Position numbers and translations under genes: made by a program. A model generated the notes under the pieces. It did no database searches and was not told where the DNA came from. It worked only from the letters and a program-made list of their open reading frames with translations. DNA of 64,000 nucleotides from Spirochaetia bacterium (GTDB lineage: Bacteria > Spirochaetota > Spirochaetia > SZUA-6 > Bin103): contig CBDBOV010000005.1 of assembly GCA_965208575.1 (NCBI GenBank), positions 160,001-224,000 on the forward strand. Reading direction: 5' to 3'. Below are positions 20,463-29,653 of this stretch, piece by piece (position 1 is the stretch's first letter; the number at the start of each line of letters is the position of its first letter).

Positions 20463-22065
20463 CGCCGCCACCCCCGGCGCCACGACCGCGGCGGGAGCGT
20501 TGCTGCCGCCGCGCGTCAGCGGCGGTCGGTGCGCTACCCGGGCGGGCTCTTTGCCCTGCCATCTCAACCACGCTGCATATTGGGTGCATATCGGGTGCAT
20601 ACCGCCCGGAAACCGGCCACCCGACGGCGCAGGACGCGCCGCCGGGCGGACGGTGGTACTTGGAGACCCCCGGAATCAGGACGGATATACGGTCGGAGTG
20701 AATAACGATGCGCCGGTGGTCAGCTTCTCGGAGGTCGCGATGGCGAAGGCGCGGAGCGTATGTCGAGACGCCCGCGGTCGATACGGTCAGCCGCTCCATG
20801 CACATGGATACGGTGCCGATGATGCCGATGGCCACTCCGACCGCCGCACACACGCAAACGGTGAAGACGACACCCCTGCTGCCGATGTACCACGGCCCGG
20901 CGGCCCGTCTATCAGCCCCCCGCCACGGTTGCTCGGGTGCGCGCCCTACTGATTGCGGCGGCTCTTGCGGTTGGCTTCGTCCTGCCGGTCCGCGCCGCGG
21001 GTGCCGAACTCCATGCGCACGGCCCACCGCTCGGTCGCCCACCCTGCGCCGGGGTGCGGTTCGCTTTCAACCGCCGGGTTACTTGCCGGCGAGTTCGCGC
21101 TCAGTCATCGAGCCCGACCACGCGGCGCGCACCATGAGCACCCGTCGCGACGGTGCTCGCCGGCATTCCGGCCCCTCCACGGGTGTCAGGCCAGTCGCCT
21201 GGCTGTCAGCGGGGCCGCTCGCGTCAGAGTCGGCCTCTCTGCCGGCCCTCCAACCTGCGAGAGTTCCTCAGGCATCCCCCGGAAAATCCGTATCGTGACC
21301 GCAGTCACCGCTTTCTCAGCGCCGCGGGCTCCGCGCGTTCCACCGCTCCGCCATGCGCATGGCCGCATCGAGGCACCCACGGGCAATCCGTCGCACTGCT
21401 GTTCCCAGCCAACTGCCGCTGCCGGCCGCCGGACCACCCGGTCGAGGTCGCGGCAGCAGCGGCGGCGGGCGCACCGCCGCGTCGGCGCTCCATCGGCGAC
21501 GTGGGCACTCTCCGCCCTATCACGCGGCGCTCACACACCGTTCCGGGGCACCGTCGATGCGGTTCCCTCCGCCACCGTGGTCTGCCAAGCCTCCTCTCGA
21601 CAGGCCACCCGCGGACACTCTGGCCGGAACTTCGTTACCGCTCCGAACTCCCTTCGCGCACTCCGTCAGATTGATTCAAAAAAGCCACCCCGCTATACTC
21701 GCCGTCTCAGGATCGGACCACTCCCCGGTGGCTTTTTATTTCCGGAATGGGTGGCTTTTTTCACCGGAATACGCAATAAATGACCGTGGGCATCTGCGAG
21801 ATCATTCCGTGGTGGTAGAGTGCCGTCTGAAGAGAAATGTACGAGGGAAGTGGGGCCGTCAGATAGCCGACCAGCGGAAGCGGATCCCGGGTCCTGGCGA
21901 TCAACCAGGTTCCCCTCTTCAACCGCAACAGATGTCCAGACCCAGCCAAGCGAGACAGAATCTGGCTGGCGTGGTCCTTGTTCACGTCAAGGAGCCCCAT
22001 CACGTCAGCAGTCCTCATGACCGTTTGCCCGGTCTGCTGAATTCGAGCCAGTGCCTGGTCCAATC

Positions 22066-22824
22066 TCACTGCGCTGCCTCTTCGATAGCGCCGACCACTC
22101 TGAGGACCATGTCATCCCACACGTCTCGTGAGTCATATACTGACTGGTACTCGGGATGCAGGTAAGAGAAGACCTGTCCCTTGAATATGTCGAATGTCAC
22201 CGACAGGGCGTTTGTCACGGCCTCACCGAGCCGACTGTGGAGTTTGAAGTCATCCAACTCCGAATTGACGCCCGTGGACAGCAGAAGAAACAGATCAAAG
22301 ACATCTCTCGCTTGGGGTACCGGCCTGGAAATGAGTGCCTCCACCTTCTGCTTGTATGCAGCGTGAGACGTATAGTGGTTCGCCAGAATCGGCGTTAGTG
22401 AATACGTATCGATCAGTTGCGGGTCAACAGCCTCGAAGGCGTGCTCCCGAGTAATCCCTCGTCGCGAGAACTCGGTCTTCGTGTTCAGAAGCACATCAAT
22501 GCCTCCTACGCTGAGCAGCATCTTCCATCGTTGCACCGTATCCGTCTGCTTCGGAGCGGAGAGTTTCGCAAGGGCGATTTGGTGGATCTGCAGGGCTTGG
22601 GAGAAAGACCGAGAAGTCAATATCGAGTCAACGCTGTCAGCAAGTTTCTGTTTTGAGACGCCCTGGACATCAATATCCATGTCTTCCGAATACCGAAAGC
22701 TCTTCATGAAGAACCTGAGATTGCATCCGCCCTTCAGGACACAGTATCTCTTGTCCAACTTGCGTCCGAGGAAGTCCAGAAACACCAGGTGAAAGAGTTC
22801 GACATACTGTGGCGCGTCATACAT
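22066..22824 (-). CDS. AbiEii-type nucleotidyltransferase toxin, copy A
   Basis: LKGGCNLRFF...RYSEDMDID...KVEAL...ARDVFDL. Confidence 0.88.
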   Translation of the reverse strand: MYDAPQYVELFHLVFLDFLGRKLDKRYCVLKGGCNLRFFMKSFRYSEDMDIDVQGVSKQKLADSVDSILTSRSFSQALQIHQIALAKLSAPKQTDTVQRWKMLLSVGGIDVLLNTKTEFSRRGITREHAFEAVDPQLIDTYSLTPILANHYTSHAAYKQKVEALISRPVPQARDVFDLFLLLSTGVNSELDDFKLHSRLGEAVTNALSVTFDIFKGQVFSYLHPEYQSVYDSRDVWDDMVLRVVGAIEEAAQ

Positions 22825-22841
22825 ACCAGCCCCGCCCATAA

Positions 22842-22872
22842 ACAATACGCAAAGTTGACAAATATGTCAACT
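22842..22872 (-). promoter_or_regulatory. abiE promoter with palindromic operator (identical copy at 38031-38061)
   Basis: TTGACA-17-TATTGT; AGTTGACA-AATA-TGTCAACT palindrome at 22853-22872 overlaps the -35. Confidence 0.7.
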
Positions 22873-23799
22873 ACAGGTGTTCCGTTCAGGGCGGCGCAGA
22901 CGCACCTCACTACTTCCGACCGCCTGTGCGCCGTAGGCGCCGAGGCGGCCGCTGCCGCCTCGCAGGCGCGGGTCGAGCAGGTCGCGGACCGCGTCACCCA
23001 CCATGTTCAGGCAGTACACCACCACCGTCAGGCACAGCCCCGGCCATACCGCCAGCCGCGGCGCGATCTCCATGTACTCGCGCCCCTCCCGGCTCAGCAT
23101 GCCGCCCCAGCTCGGCACAGTCGTGGGCAGGCCGAACCCCAGAAAGCTCAAGCTGGCCTCGCTGATCACCACCGCGCCGATGTTGATGCTGTAGATCACG
23201 ATCAGCACCGGCGCGATGTTGGGCAGCAGGTGGTGCACCAGCGTCCGCCAGCGCGAGCTGCCGACCGCCCGCGCCGCCTCGAAGTAGACGTGCTCCTTGG
23301 CGGCGATCACCGCGCCCCGGACCACCCGCGAGCCGCCGATGCCGCCCAGCACCCCCAGCACCACGATGATCTGCAGCACCCCTCGCCCGACCACCGACAT
23401 CACCGTCAGCAGGATCAGCAGGCCGGGTATCGACATCCAGGCATCGACCAGCCGCTGCACGGTCAGGTCGAGCCGGCCGCCGATGAAGCCGGAGACGCCG
23501 CCCACCACCAGCGCCACCAGCACGTTGACGGCCGTCGCGGCCAGGCCGACGCCCAGGGTGAGGCGAGCGCCGTAGATCAGGCGGCTGGCGAAGTCGCGGC
23601 CCAACTGGTCGGTGCCCAGCGGGTAGCGCGCCGAGGAGCCCTGCAGCCGGTCCATCAGGAACACCTCGTTGGGGCCGAACGGGGCCAGCACGTCGGCCAA
23701 CAGCGTCACCAGGATCAACAACAGCAGCACGATCCCGAGCACCACCGCCAACGGCTTCTCCCGGCGCAGCCGGACGAAGAAATCGGCGAACGCGCCCAT
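22867..23799 (-). CDS. Peptide/nickel ABC permease (DppC-like)
   Basis: LGTDQLGRD...EAARAVG...LLPNI...SLSFLGFG. Confidence 0.92.
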   Translation of the reverse strand: MGAFADFFVRLRREKPLAVVLGIVLLLLILVTLLADVLAPFGPNEVFLMDRLQGSSARYPLGTDQLGRDFASRLIYGARLTLGVGLAATAVNVLVALVVGGVSGFIGGRLDLTVQRLVDAWMSIPGLLILLTVMSVVGRGVLQIIVVLGVLGGIGGSRVVRGAVIAAKEHVYFEAARAVGSSRWRTLVHHLLPNIAPVLIVIYSINIGAVVISEASLSFLGFGLPTTVPSWGGMLSREGREYMEIAPRLAVWPGLCLTVVVYCLNMVGDAVRDLLDPRLRGGSGRLGAYGAQAVGSSEVRLRRPERNTCS

Positions 23800-23806
23800 C
23801 GGTGCC

Positions 23807-24772
23807 CTACCGGTAGCGCACGCGCGGGTCGATTAGCGCGTACGAGAGGTCGGTGACGAGATTGACCGCCACCACCACGGCGGCGAACACAAGGTTGACG
23901 CCGGAGACGATCGGGTAGTCTCTGATCGTAAGCGCATTCACCAGCAGCCGCCCCAGCCCCGGCAGGTTGAAGATGTTCTCCATGATCACCGAGCCGCCCA
24001 CCAGGATCGGCACCTGCAGGGCGACCAGGCTGACCACCGGGATCAGGGCGTTCTTGACCGCGTGGCGCAGGATCACCGATCGTTCCAGCAGCCCCTTGGA
24101 CCACGCGGTCCTGATGTAGTCCTGTCTGAGCACCTCCAGCATCATCGTCCGCGTCATCCGCATGGTGGCCGCGGACAGATAGGTCCCCAGGATCAGACTG
24201 GGAATGGCGAATCCGGCCAGGCTTCCGAGCGGGTCTTCCACGAACGAGACCAGCACCAACGGTGGGGACCAGCGCCACCAGATTGCCGGAAACACGATGA
24301 CCATGGTGGCCAGCCAGAAGTTGGGCGTCGCCAGGCCGAGGATGGCCAGCGACCGCCCCACGTAGTCGGCGGCCGTATCCTGGCGAATCGCCGAGTAGAT
24401 ACCCACCGGCACGGCTATGACCAGCCCGATGAGAATCGCCATCAAGCCCAGCTGAATGGTCACCGGTAGTCTCTGGGCGATGCTCTGCTCCACGGTGTCG
24501 CTGCTCGTCAGTGATGGACCGAGAGTGCCGCGCAGGAAGATCCCGCCCACCCAGCGCCCATACTGGACGTAGACCGGCACATCCAGGCCCAGCCGGCGCT
24601 CGAGGGCTGCGCGGTCGATCCCCCCCGTCGCACCTTGCGTGGCTCGCAAGCGCGCTTCCATCACATCGATCACGTCGCCCGGGAGGAAGCGGACCGAGAG
24701 AAATACCAGGACGGTCACGAGAAACAGGGTCGGGATGACCATCAGCAGCCGCCGGATGGCATACGCCCTCAT
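23807..24772 (-). CDS. Peptide/nickel ABC permease (DppB-like)
   Basis: MRAYAIRRLL...QDYIRTAWSKG...ENIFNLPGLG...DPRVRY. Confidence 0.92.
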   Translation of the reverse strand: MRAYAIRRLLMVIPTLFLVTVLVFLSVRFLPGDVIDVMEARLRATQGATGGIDRAALERRLGLDVPVYVQYGRWVGGIFLRGTLGPSLTSSDTVEQSIAQRLPVTIQLGLMAILIGLVIAVPVGIYSAIRQDTAADYVGRSLAILGLATPNFWLATMVIVFPAIWWRWSPPLVLVSFVEDPLGSLAGFAIPSLILGTYLSAATMRMTRTMMLEVLRQDYIRTAWSKGLLERSVILRHAVKNALIPVVSLVALQVPILVGGSVIMENIFNLPGLGRLLVNALTIRDYPIVSGVNLVFAAVVVAVNLVTDLSYALIDPRVRYR

Positions 24773-24870
24773 GCACTACGCTCCATCATCGGCTGGGGGG
24801 AGGACCGAGCGCTGGGAAGGGGGGCCGGCCACGTCGCGGCCCCGCCCCCCAGCTGCAAGTGCCGTGCGCC

Positions 24871-26640
24871 CTACGGCTTCAGACTGCTATCGAACCACAG
24901 GCGCGCGAAAGCCAGATATTGGCCGGACTTCGTCAAAGTCGACTCGCCGTTGTATCCCGCGACCCACGGCTGGGTCACCGAGAATTCTGGCCCCACCGCC
25001 CCGGCCAGCTGCCAGAACTGCTCGATCGAGTACATCTCCAGCTCGCGGAGCGCCGCGTTTTGTTCGTCAAGCGTGGTCGCGGCTTGGTACTCTTCGAACT
25101 TGGCCCTGTACCACTCGTCGTCGACCTCGGAGGTGTTCCATGATGTCGAGAGGAATTTCCCCAAAATAGCCGCTGCGGAGCCCTTGTAAGCCCCTTCCGC
25201 CGTGATGAGCTCATAGTCTCCCTGTGTTCTTGCGGCCACGTGCTCAGCCAGTGGCAGAATGACGACCTCTGCCTTGACGCCGATGGCGTCCCAATAACTG
25301 ATCAGGAGCTCGGTGTAGTTCAGATCGTAGCGCGGTTGGTGTACGATCTCGGTCTCGAATCTGACGCCGTCGGCGCCGCGCGGATACCCCGCCTCGTCGA
25401 GCAGCGCCTCGGCACCGGCTGGGTCATACTCGAACGCCTTCCTGACATCTGCCGGCCAATCTTCGAACGGGGTCGCGACGGCAGTATTGAAACGGCTTAT
25501 CTGCCCCTGGGGGATGGCATCCGCCAAGCCTTTATAGTATCCTTGGTCGATCTCGTCGAGGTTGAGGGCCATCTGCATCGCCTTGCGTACCCGGATGTCG
25601 TCAAAGGGCTTGACCTTAATGTTCATGCCGACATCCTGGTCCGACCGTAGCGCAAACGGATAGACCTTCAGCTCAGGGTTGGTGCGCTGCAGGCTCTCTA
25701 ACTGGTCGACACCCCGCAACGTGGTAGTGCCGCCTGCTGCACCTATGTAATCGAGCTGGCCGCTGCGCAGCGCTGAGACGTACGTCGCCACCTCGGGCAT
25801 GACCAGCGCGCGTATCTGGTCGAAATAGGGGAGCCGGTTCTCCGGGAACTTCTCGTCGAAGCGCCAGTAGTCGGGATTCTTGTCATAGGTAACGGAGCTG
25901 CCCTTGGTCCAGTCGGTGAGAGTATAGGGCCCGGTGCCGACCAGATCCCGCCAATCACTCGCGTTCCCCTTTGCCCGGATGACCTCGGGGGCGTAGATGA
26001 TGTTCATGCCCCCTTGGATGATCGCCACAAGAGCACCGCTGGTTGGCGCTGGCAGCTTGATCACCACCGTCGAGCTGTCGGTGGCGGTTACCGATTCGAG
26101 CTCGACGCCGGTGTACTCGCCGGCATTAATAAACTCGCTGCGTTCGGTGTAGCCGCTGCCGATGCCAAACAACCGGTGGAAGTTGAACTCGACATCCTCG
26201 GCGGTCAGCGCGCGACCGTTCATCGGCGCCTTGTCCTGCCAGCGAACGCCCTGGCGGATGTTGAGGACGTAGGTAAGAGGGTCGGGCTGCGACCAGCTCT
26301 CGGCCAGGAGCCCGATGGTGTGCGTCGGCGGGAGGGCCACCGCAAAGTCGTGCTCGTCTCTTGGCGTTGACCAGTCCTGGATCGTCAGATTCTCGAGGAC
26401 GAGATTGTAGATGATGGATCCCCAACCACCGGCGAGCACGGCGTCGATGTCCCCCGGCTCTTCCTTGAGTGCATAGGTGAACGTGCCGCCGTACTCGGGC
26501 GCACTGATCATCTCGCCGGTGCTGGGGTCGAGCACCATCTCCTTCTCGACCGCGGCCGCCTCCTCACCGGCGGGGGCGGCGAACGTAACGGTAGCCGCCA
26601 GCGAGAACGCCAGCGTCAGCACAATGAATTTGGGAGTCAT
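24871..26640 (-). CDS. Family-5 ABC substrate-binding protein (DppA-like)
   Basis: SD GAGGAGGAG, signal peptide MTPKFIVLTLAF, PEYGG...LAESW...VGTGPY. Confidence 0.9.
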   Translation of the reverse strand: MTPKFIVLTLAFSLAATVTFAAPAGEEAAAVEKEMVLDPSTGEMISAPEYGGTFTYALKEEPGDIDAVLAGGWGSIIYNLVLENLTIQDWSTPRDEHDFAVALPPTHTIGLLAESWSQPDPLTYVLNIRQGVRWQDKAPMNGRALTAEDVEFNFHRLFGIGSGYTERSEFINAGEYTGVELESVTATDSSTVVIKLPAPTSGALVAIIQGGMNIIYAPEVIRAKGNASDWRDLVGTGPYTLTDWTKGSSVTYDKNPDYWRFDEKFPENRLPYFDQIRALVMPEVATYVSALRSGQLDYIGAAGGTTTLRGVDQLESLQRTNPELKVYPFALRSDQDVGMNIKVKPFDDIRVRKAMQMALNLDEIDQGYYKGLADAIPQGQISRFNTAVATPFEDWPADVRKAFEYDPAGAEALLDEAGYPRGADGVRFETEIVHQPRYDLNYTELLISYWDAIGVKAEVVILPLAEHVAARTQGDYELITAEGAYKGSAAAILGKFLSTSWNTSEVDDEWYRAKFEEYQAATTLDEQNAALRELEMYSIEQFWQLAGAVGPEFSVTQPWVAGYNGESTLTKSGQYLAFARLWFDSSLKP

Positions 26641-26910
26641 TGCGTACTCCTCCTCGTTGTCGGGATCGGGACCGCGTCCCGTTGCCCGTGTTCTTGGGCC
26701 GAAGACTTCGGCCTTCTCGCATGGTCGTGGTAGTCGTCGCACCCGAAGCGGGAGACAGCGCCGCGAGCGCCGGTTTCCGCGAGCGTGGTGCGATGGGTGT
26801 GGATGGCGAAGGGAGCCGCTACGTCGTCAGCGGTGCAGATGGCGACAGAGTGGCGGATGTGGCTCGGCGAGCGTAGAGAGCGGTCAGTTACCGGGTGCTT
26901 GGTTTGTTGT

Positions 26911-26985
26911 GGAGCAGGCCGGAGCAGGCCGGAGCAGGCCGGAGCAGGCCGGAGCAGGCCGGAGCAGGCCGGAGCAGGCCGGAGC
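26911..26985. repeat. VNTR (GGAGCAGGCC) x7.5
   Basis: Seven perfect 10-mers plus GGAGC; only x2.5 at 42077-42101. Confidence 0.95.
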
Positions 26986-27160
26986 GCTAGCGTTCGCGGC
27001 TAACGGGTGGCTGCGGTGGGCTGTGTGATCGCGCTTCATCCGCGTACCAAGCCGCCATTCTACCACGCGCCCGGCACCCGTCAAGCACGCCGAATCGGTC
27101 GAATCTGTCGGCTGGAAAGGTGCGACCGGGTCGCGCTACCATGCAGATCGGAGTCGGCGC

Positions 27161-28105
27161 ATGGAACAGAAGCCCAGTCCGGTGCTGCGTACCGCGATAG
27201 GAAACTATGGCCATACCGCGGCCTTGAAGGATGGCACCATCACCTCCCCGATGTTCGACCTGGAGCACGTTGAGGTCTCCCCCGTGCCGATGATATTCCG
27301 CCGCATGGTGCGGGGGCTCGAGTTCGATGTCGCGGAGATGGCGCTGGCGACCTGTTTCTGTGCCCGCGCCCACGGCAAGCGCTTTACCGGAATCCCCATC
27401 TTCCTGACCCGCGCCTTCTATCACGGCGAGTTGCTGTGCCACCGGCGCAGCGGTATCCGGGCGCCGAAGGACCTCGAAGGCCGCAAGGTGGGCGTACGCA
27501 GCTACACGTTTACCCCCGGCGTCTGGACGCGCGGCATCCTGGCCGCCGAATACGGCGTCGACCTGGACGCGGTCACCTGGGTTCTGTCGGGAGACGAACA
27601 CGTGCAGGAGTACGTCGCGCCCGCCAACGTGGTGTCGTCGCCCAACAACAACCTCGCGACGATGCTGCTCGCCGGCGAGATCGACGCCGCCATCGCGCCC
27701 GGCCCGGTCGACTCGCCTGACATCCAGCCGCTGTTCCCGGACGCCCGGCAGGCCGACGACGCCTGGCACCGCAGGACCGGGATCTATCCGATCAGCCACC
27801 TGCTGGTGGTGAAGGACGCGGCGCTGGCGTCGCACCCCGGTCTCGCAACCGAGCTGTTCCGCCTGTTCAGCGAGGCCAGGTCGCAGTACCTGCCGCGCCT
27901 GCGCTCCGGCGCCGCCGACGACGCCGGCGATCGGTCGCTGCGGAAGATGGCGCAGACGGTCGGCGGCGACCCCCTGCCCTACGGCTTCGAGAGTTCGCGC
28001 AAGACTCTGGAGACCTTCATACGCTACAACGTCGACCAGGGCGTGATACCGCAGGCGGTCGCCCCGGAGGACCTGTTCGTGCCGGAGACCCTGGCCCTGG
28101 TCTGA
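27161..28105 (+). CDS. 4,5-dihydroxyphthalate decarboxylase-like protein (periplasmic-binding-protein fold)
   Basis: FRRMVRGLEFDVAEMA...PIFLTRAF...DLEGRKVGV...GIYPISHLLVV. Confidence 0.75.
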   Translation: MEQKPSPVLRTAIGNYGHTAALKDGTITSPMFDLEHVEVSPVPMIFRRMVRGLEFDVAEMALATCFCARAHGKRFTGIPIFLTRAFYHGELLCHRRSGIRAPKDLEGRKVGVRSYTFTPGVWTRGILAAEYGVDLDAVTWVLSGDEHVQEYVAPANVVSSPNNNLATMLLAGEIDAAIAPGPVDSPDIQPLFPDARQADDAWHRRTGIYPISHLLVVKDAALASHPGLATELFRLFSEARSQYLPRLRSGAADDAGDRSLRKMAQTVGGDPLPYGFESSRKTLETFIRYNVDQGVIPQAVAPEDLFVPETLALV

Positions 28106-28116
28106 CCACCCGAACC

Positions 28117-28370
28117 GAGCGGCGGCCCGCCGCTCTCGTTGGTCGCATCGGTCACGTAGTGATGCAGTTCGTACACTCGAAACAGTGCCTGGAGTCCACG
28201 AGTGGACTTGCTTCTGCGCCAGTCCGAGCTGATCACAATGCCCGCGCCGAAGTCCTTGCACAGCGAGCGCAGCCGTTCGACCGCTTCGCTGTCCCAGTCA
28301 AAGCACACCGCCCCAAGGTCGTACTTGTCCATGCCCAGGTAGATCTCATCGGCCAATCTGTCGGCCAGCG
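28117..28370 (-). pseudogene. Internal fragment of the HAD gene (second copy at ~43233-43486)
   Basis: Matches ~9963-10217. Confidence 0.85.
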
Positions 28371-28489
28371 AACAGCACGATCGGCGCCTCGTTGCGGCTG
28401 GACACCGATGCCGGGCGTCGGCGTGCGCGCCCCGGCTGATCTGGAACGTCCGGTTTGCATGCCCGCGCGAGATGGGCTACGCTGGCGTC

Positions 28490-29473
28490 ATGGCCAGCAC
28501 CAAAGCACCGCCCAGCGGGCGCTACCAAGCAGCGCAACCCCGGCCCGCCCAGCCCGCCGAGCCGCCGGCGTTCCCGGGCTGCACGCCGGTGCACCTGCCG
28601 CGCACCGAGATCGAACGCTTCGAGGGGCGGCTCGAATATTGGGATTCGGCCACCGAGACCGCCTGGATCAGCGAGCCCACCACTTCCTATCACGAACGCC
28701 CGTCGCGCCTGGTGACCCGCTTGGCCGAGATGGTCGGCCGGGTGCGCGGGTCGCCGATCGAGTCGTACGGCTCGATGGACCTGCTGCTGCGCGACCCCGA
28801 AGGCGAGCCGCGGCGCATCATGCAGGCCGACGAGTCGGTGTACCTGCATCCGGCGCAGGCCAGGCTGCCGGGGGCCGCCATGGTGGTAGGCGAGGACGAC
28901 TTTCCCGACGTGGTGCTGGAGGTGGATCACACCACCGACGTGCACCGCGGCAAGCTCGCGCTGTACGAATCGTGGGGCTTCCCGGAAGTGTGGGTGGAGG
29001 TGCCGGACACTCCGTCGCCGAGCCGGCCGCACCGGCGCCGCCCGGGACTGACCATTCATGTGCTCGAGCACGGCCGGTTCCGGGTTGCAACCGAGAGCCG
29101 TGCATTTCCCGGCTGGCGGGCCGAGGAGATTCACTTGGCGCTGAACGAGCCGGTGCCGTCGGCGCAGACGAGCGCGGCGGTGGAACGGGTTGCAACGGCG
29201 CTCGGTGAGCGCGAAGGCACCGGCCCGGACGACGACCCGCTGCTGCGCTCGCAACGGCGCCAGGGGTTCGAGCGCGGCCTGGCGGAAGGTCGCTTCCGGA
29301 TGGTCCGCCAGATTCTGCGGTCACGGGGCATTGCAGTGTCGGCGGGGTTCTCCGCCGCTGCGGAAGCGCTCGCCGCGGCGTCCGAGGAGGCGCTGCTGGC
29401 GGCGGCGCTTGGCTGCGCGGATGAGGCGGAGTTCCTTGCCGCGCTCCGGCGCTCGCGCCACCCGGGCGGCTGA
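28490..29473 (+). CDS. Uma2-family putative endonuclease
   Basis: GRLEYWD...MQADES...PDVVLEVD...KLALYESWGFPEVW. Confidence 0.8.
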   Translation: MASTKAPPSGRYQAAQPRPAQPAEPPAFPGCTPVHLPRTEIERFEGRLEYWDSATETAWISEPTTSYHERPSRLVTRLAEMVGRVRGSPIESYGSMDLLLRDPEGEPRRIMQADESVYLHPAQARLPGAAMVVGEDDFPDVVLEVDHTTDVHRGKLALYESWGFPEVWVEVPDTPSPSRPHRRRPGLTIHVLEHGRFRVATESRAFPGWRAEEIHLALNEPVPSAQTSAAVERVATALGEREGTGPDDDPLLRSQRRQGFERGLAEGRFRMVRQILRSRGIAVSAGFSAAAEALAAASEEALLAAALGCADEAEFLAALRRSRHPGG

Positions 29474-29653
29474 CCTCCTAGCGCCCCGAAACCGCGCGTT
29501 CGTTGGGCCCTTCGATCAGCAACGCCTATTGGTCATGCGCGCCGGGTCGTAAAGGTCGCGGGTGTCGCTCAACTATCTGCACCACCTGCTGCTGTCGGCG
29601 CCGTGGCATGCAGCCTTGTGGGTGCACCGGCGCGCGTGGTTTCATGTGCGGCG

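Larger units (their letters stand above)
11874..21775 (+). mobile_element. IS21-family element with nested insertions and ~1.3 kb of passenger DNA
   Basis: TG...CA ends with repeated AAAAGCCACC-type motifs; 5-bp TSD ATAAA (11869-11873, 21776-21780); istA and istB present. Confidence 0.92.
11554..22069 (-). pseudogene. AbiEi-type antitoxin copy A, split by IS21 (segments 21781-22069 and 11554-11873)
   Basis: The two halves rejoin to match the intact copy at 36650-37258. Confidence 0.9.

Noticed and set aside
26911-26985. Possible CRISPR array
   Set aside because: Contiguous 10-bp tandem units with no spacers and no cas genes.
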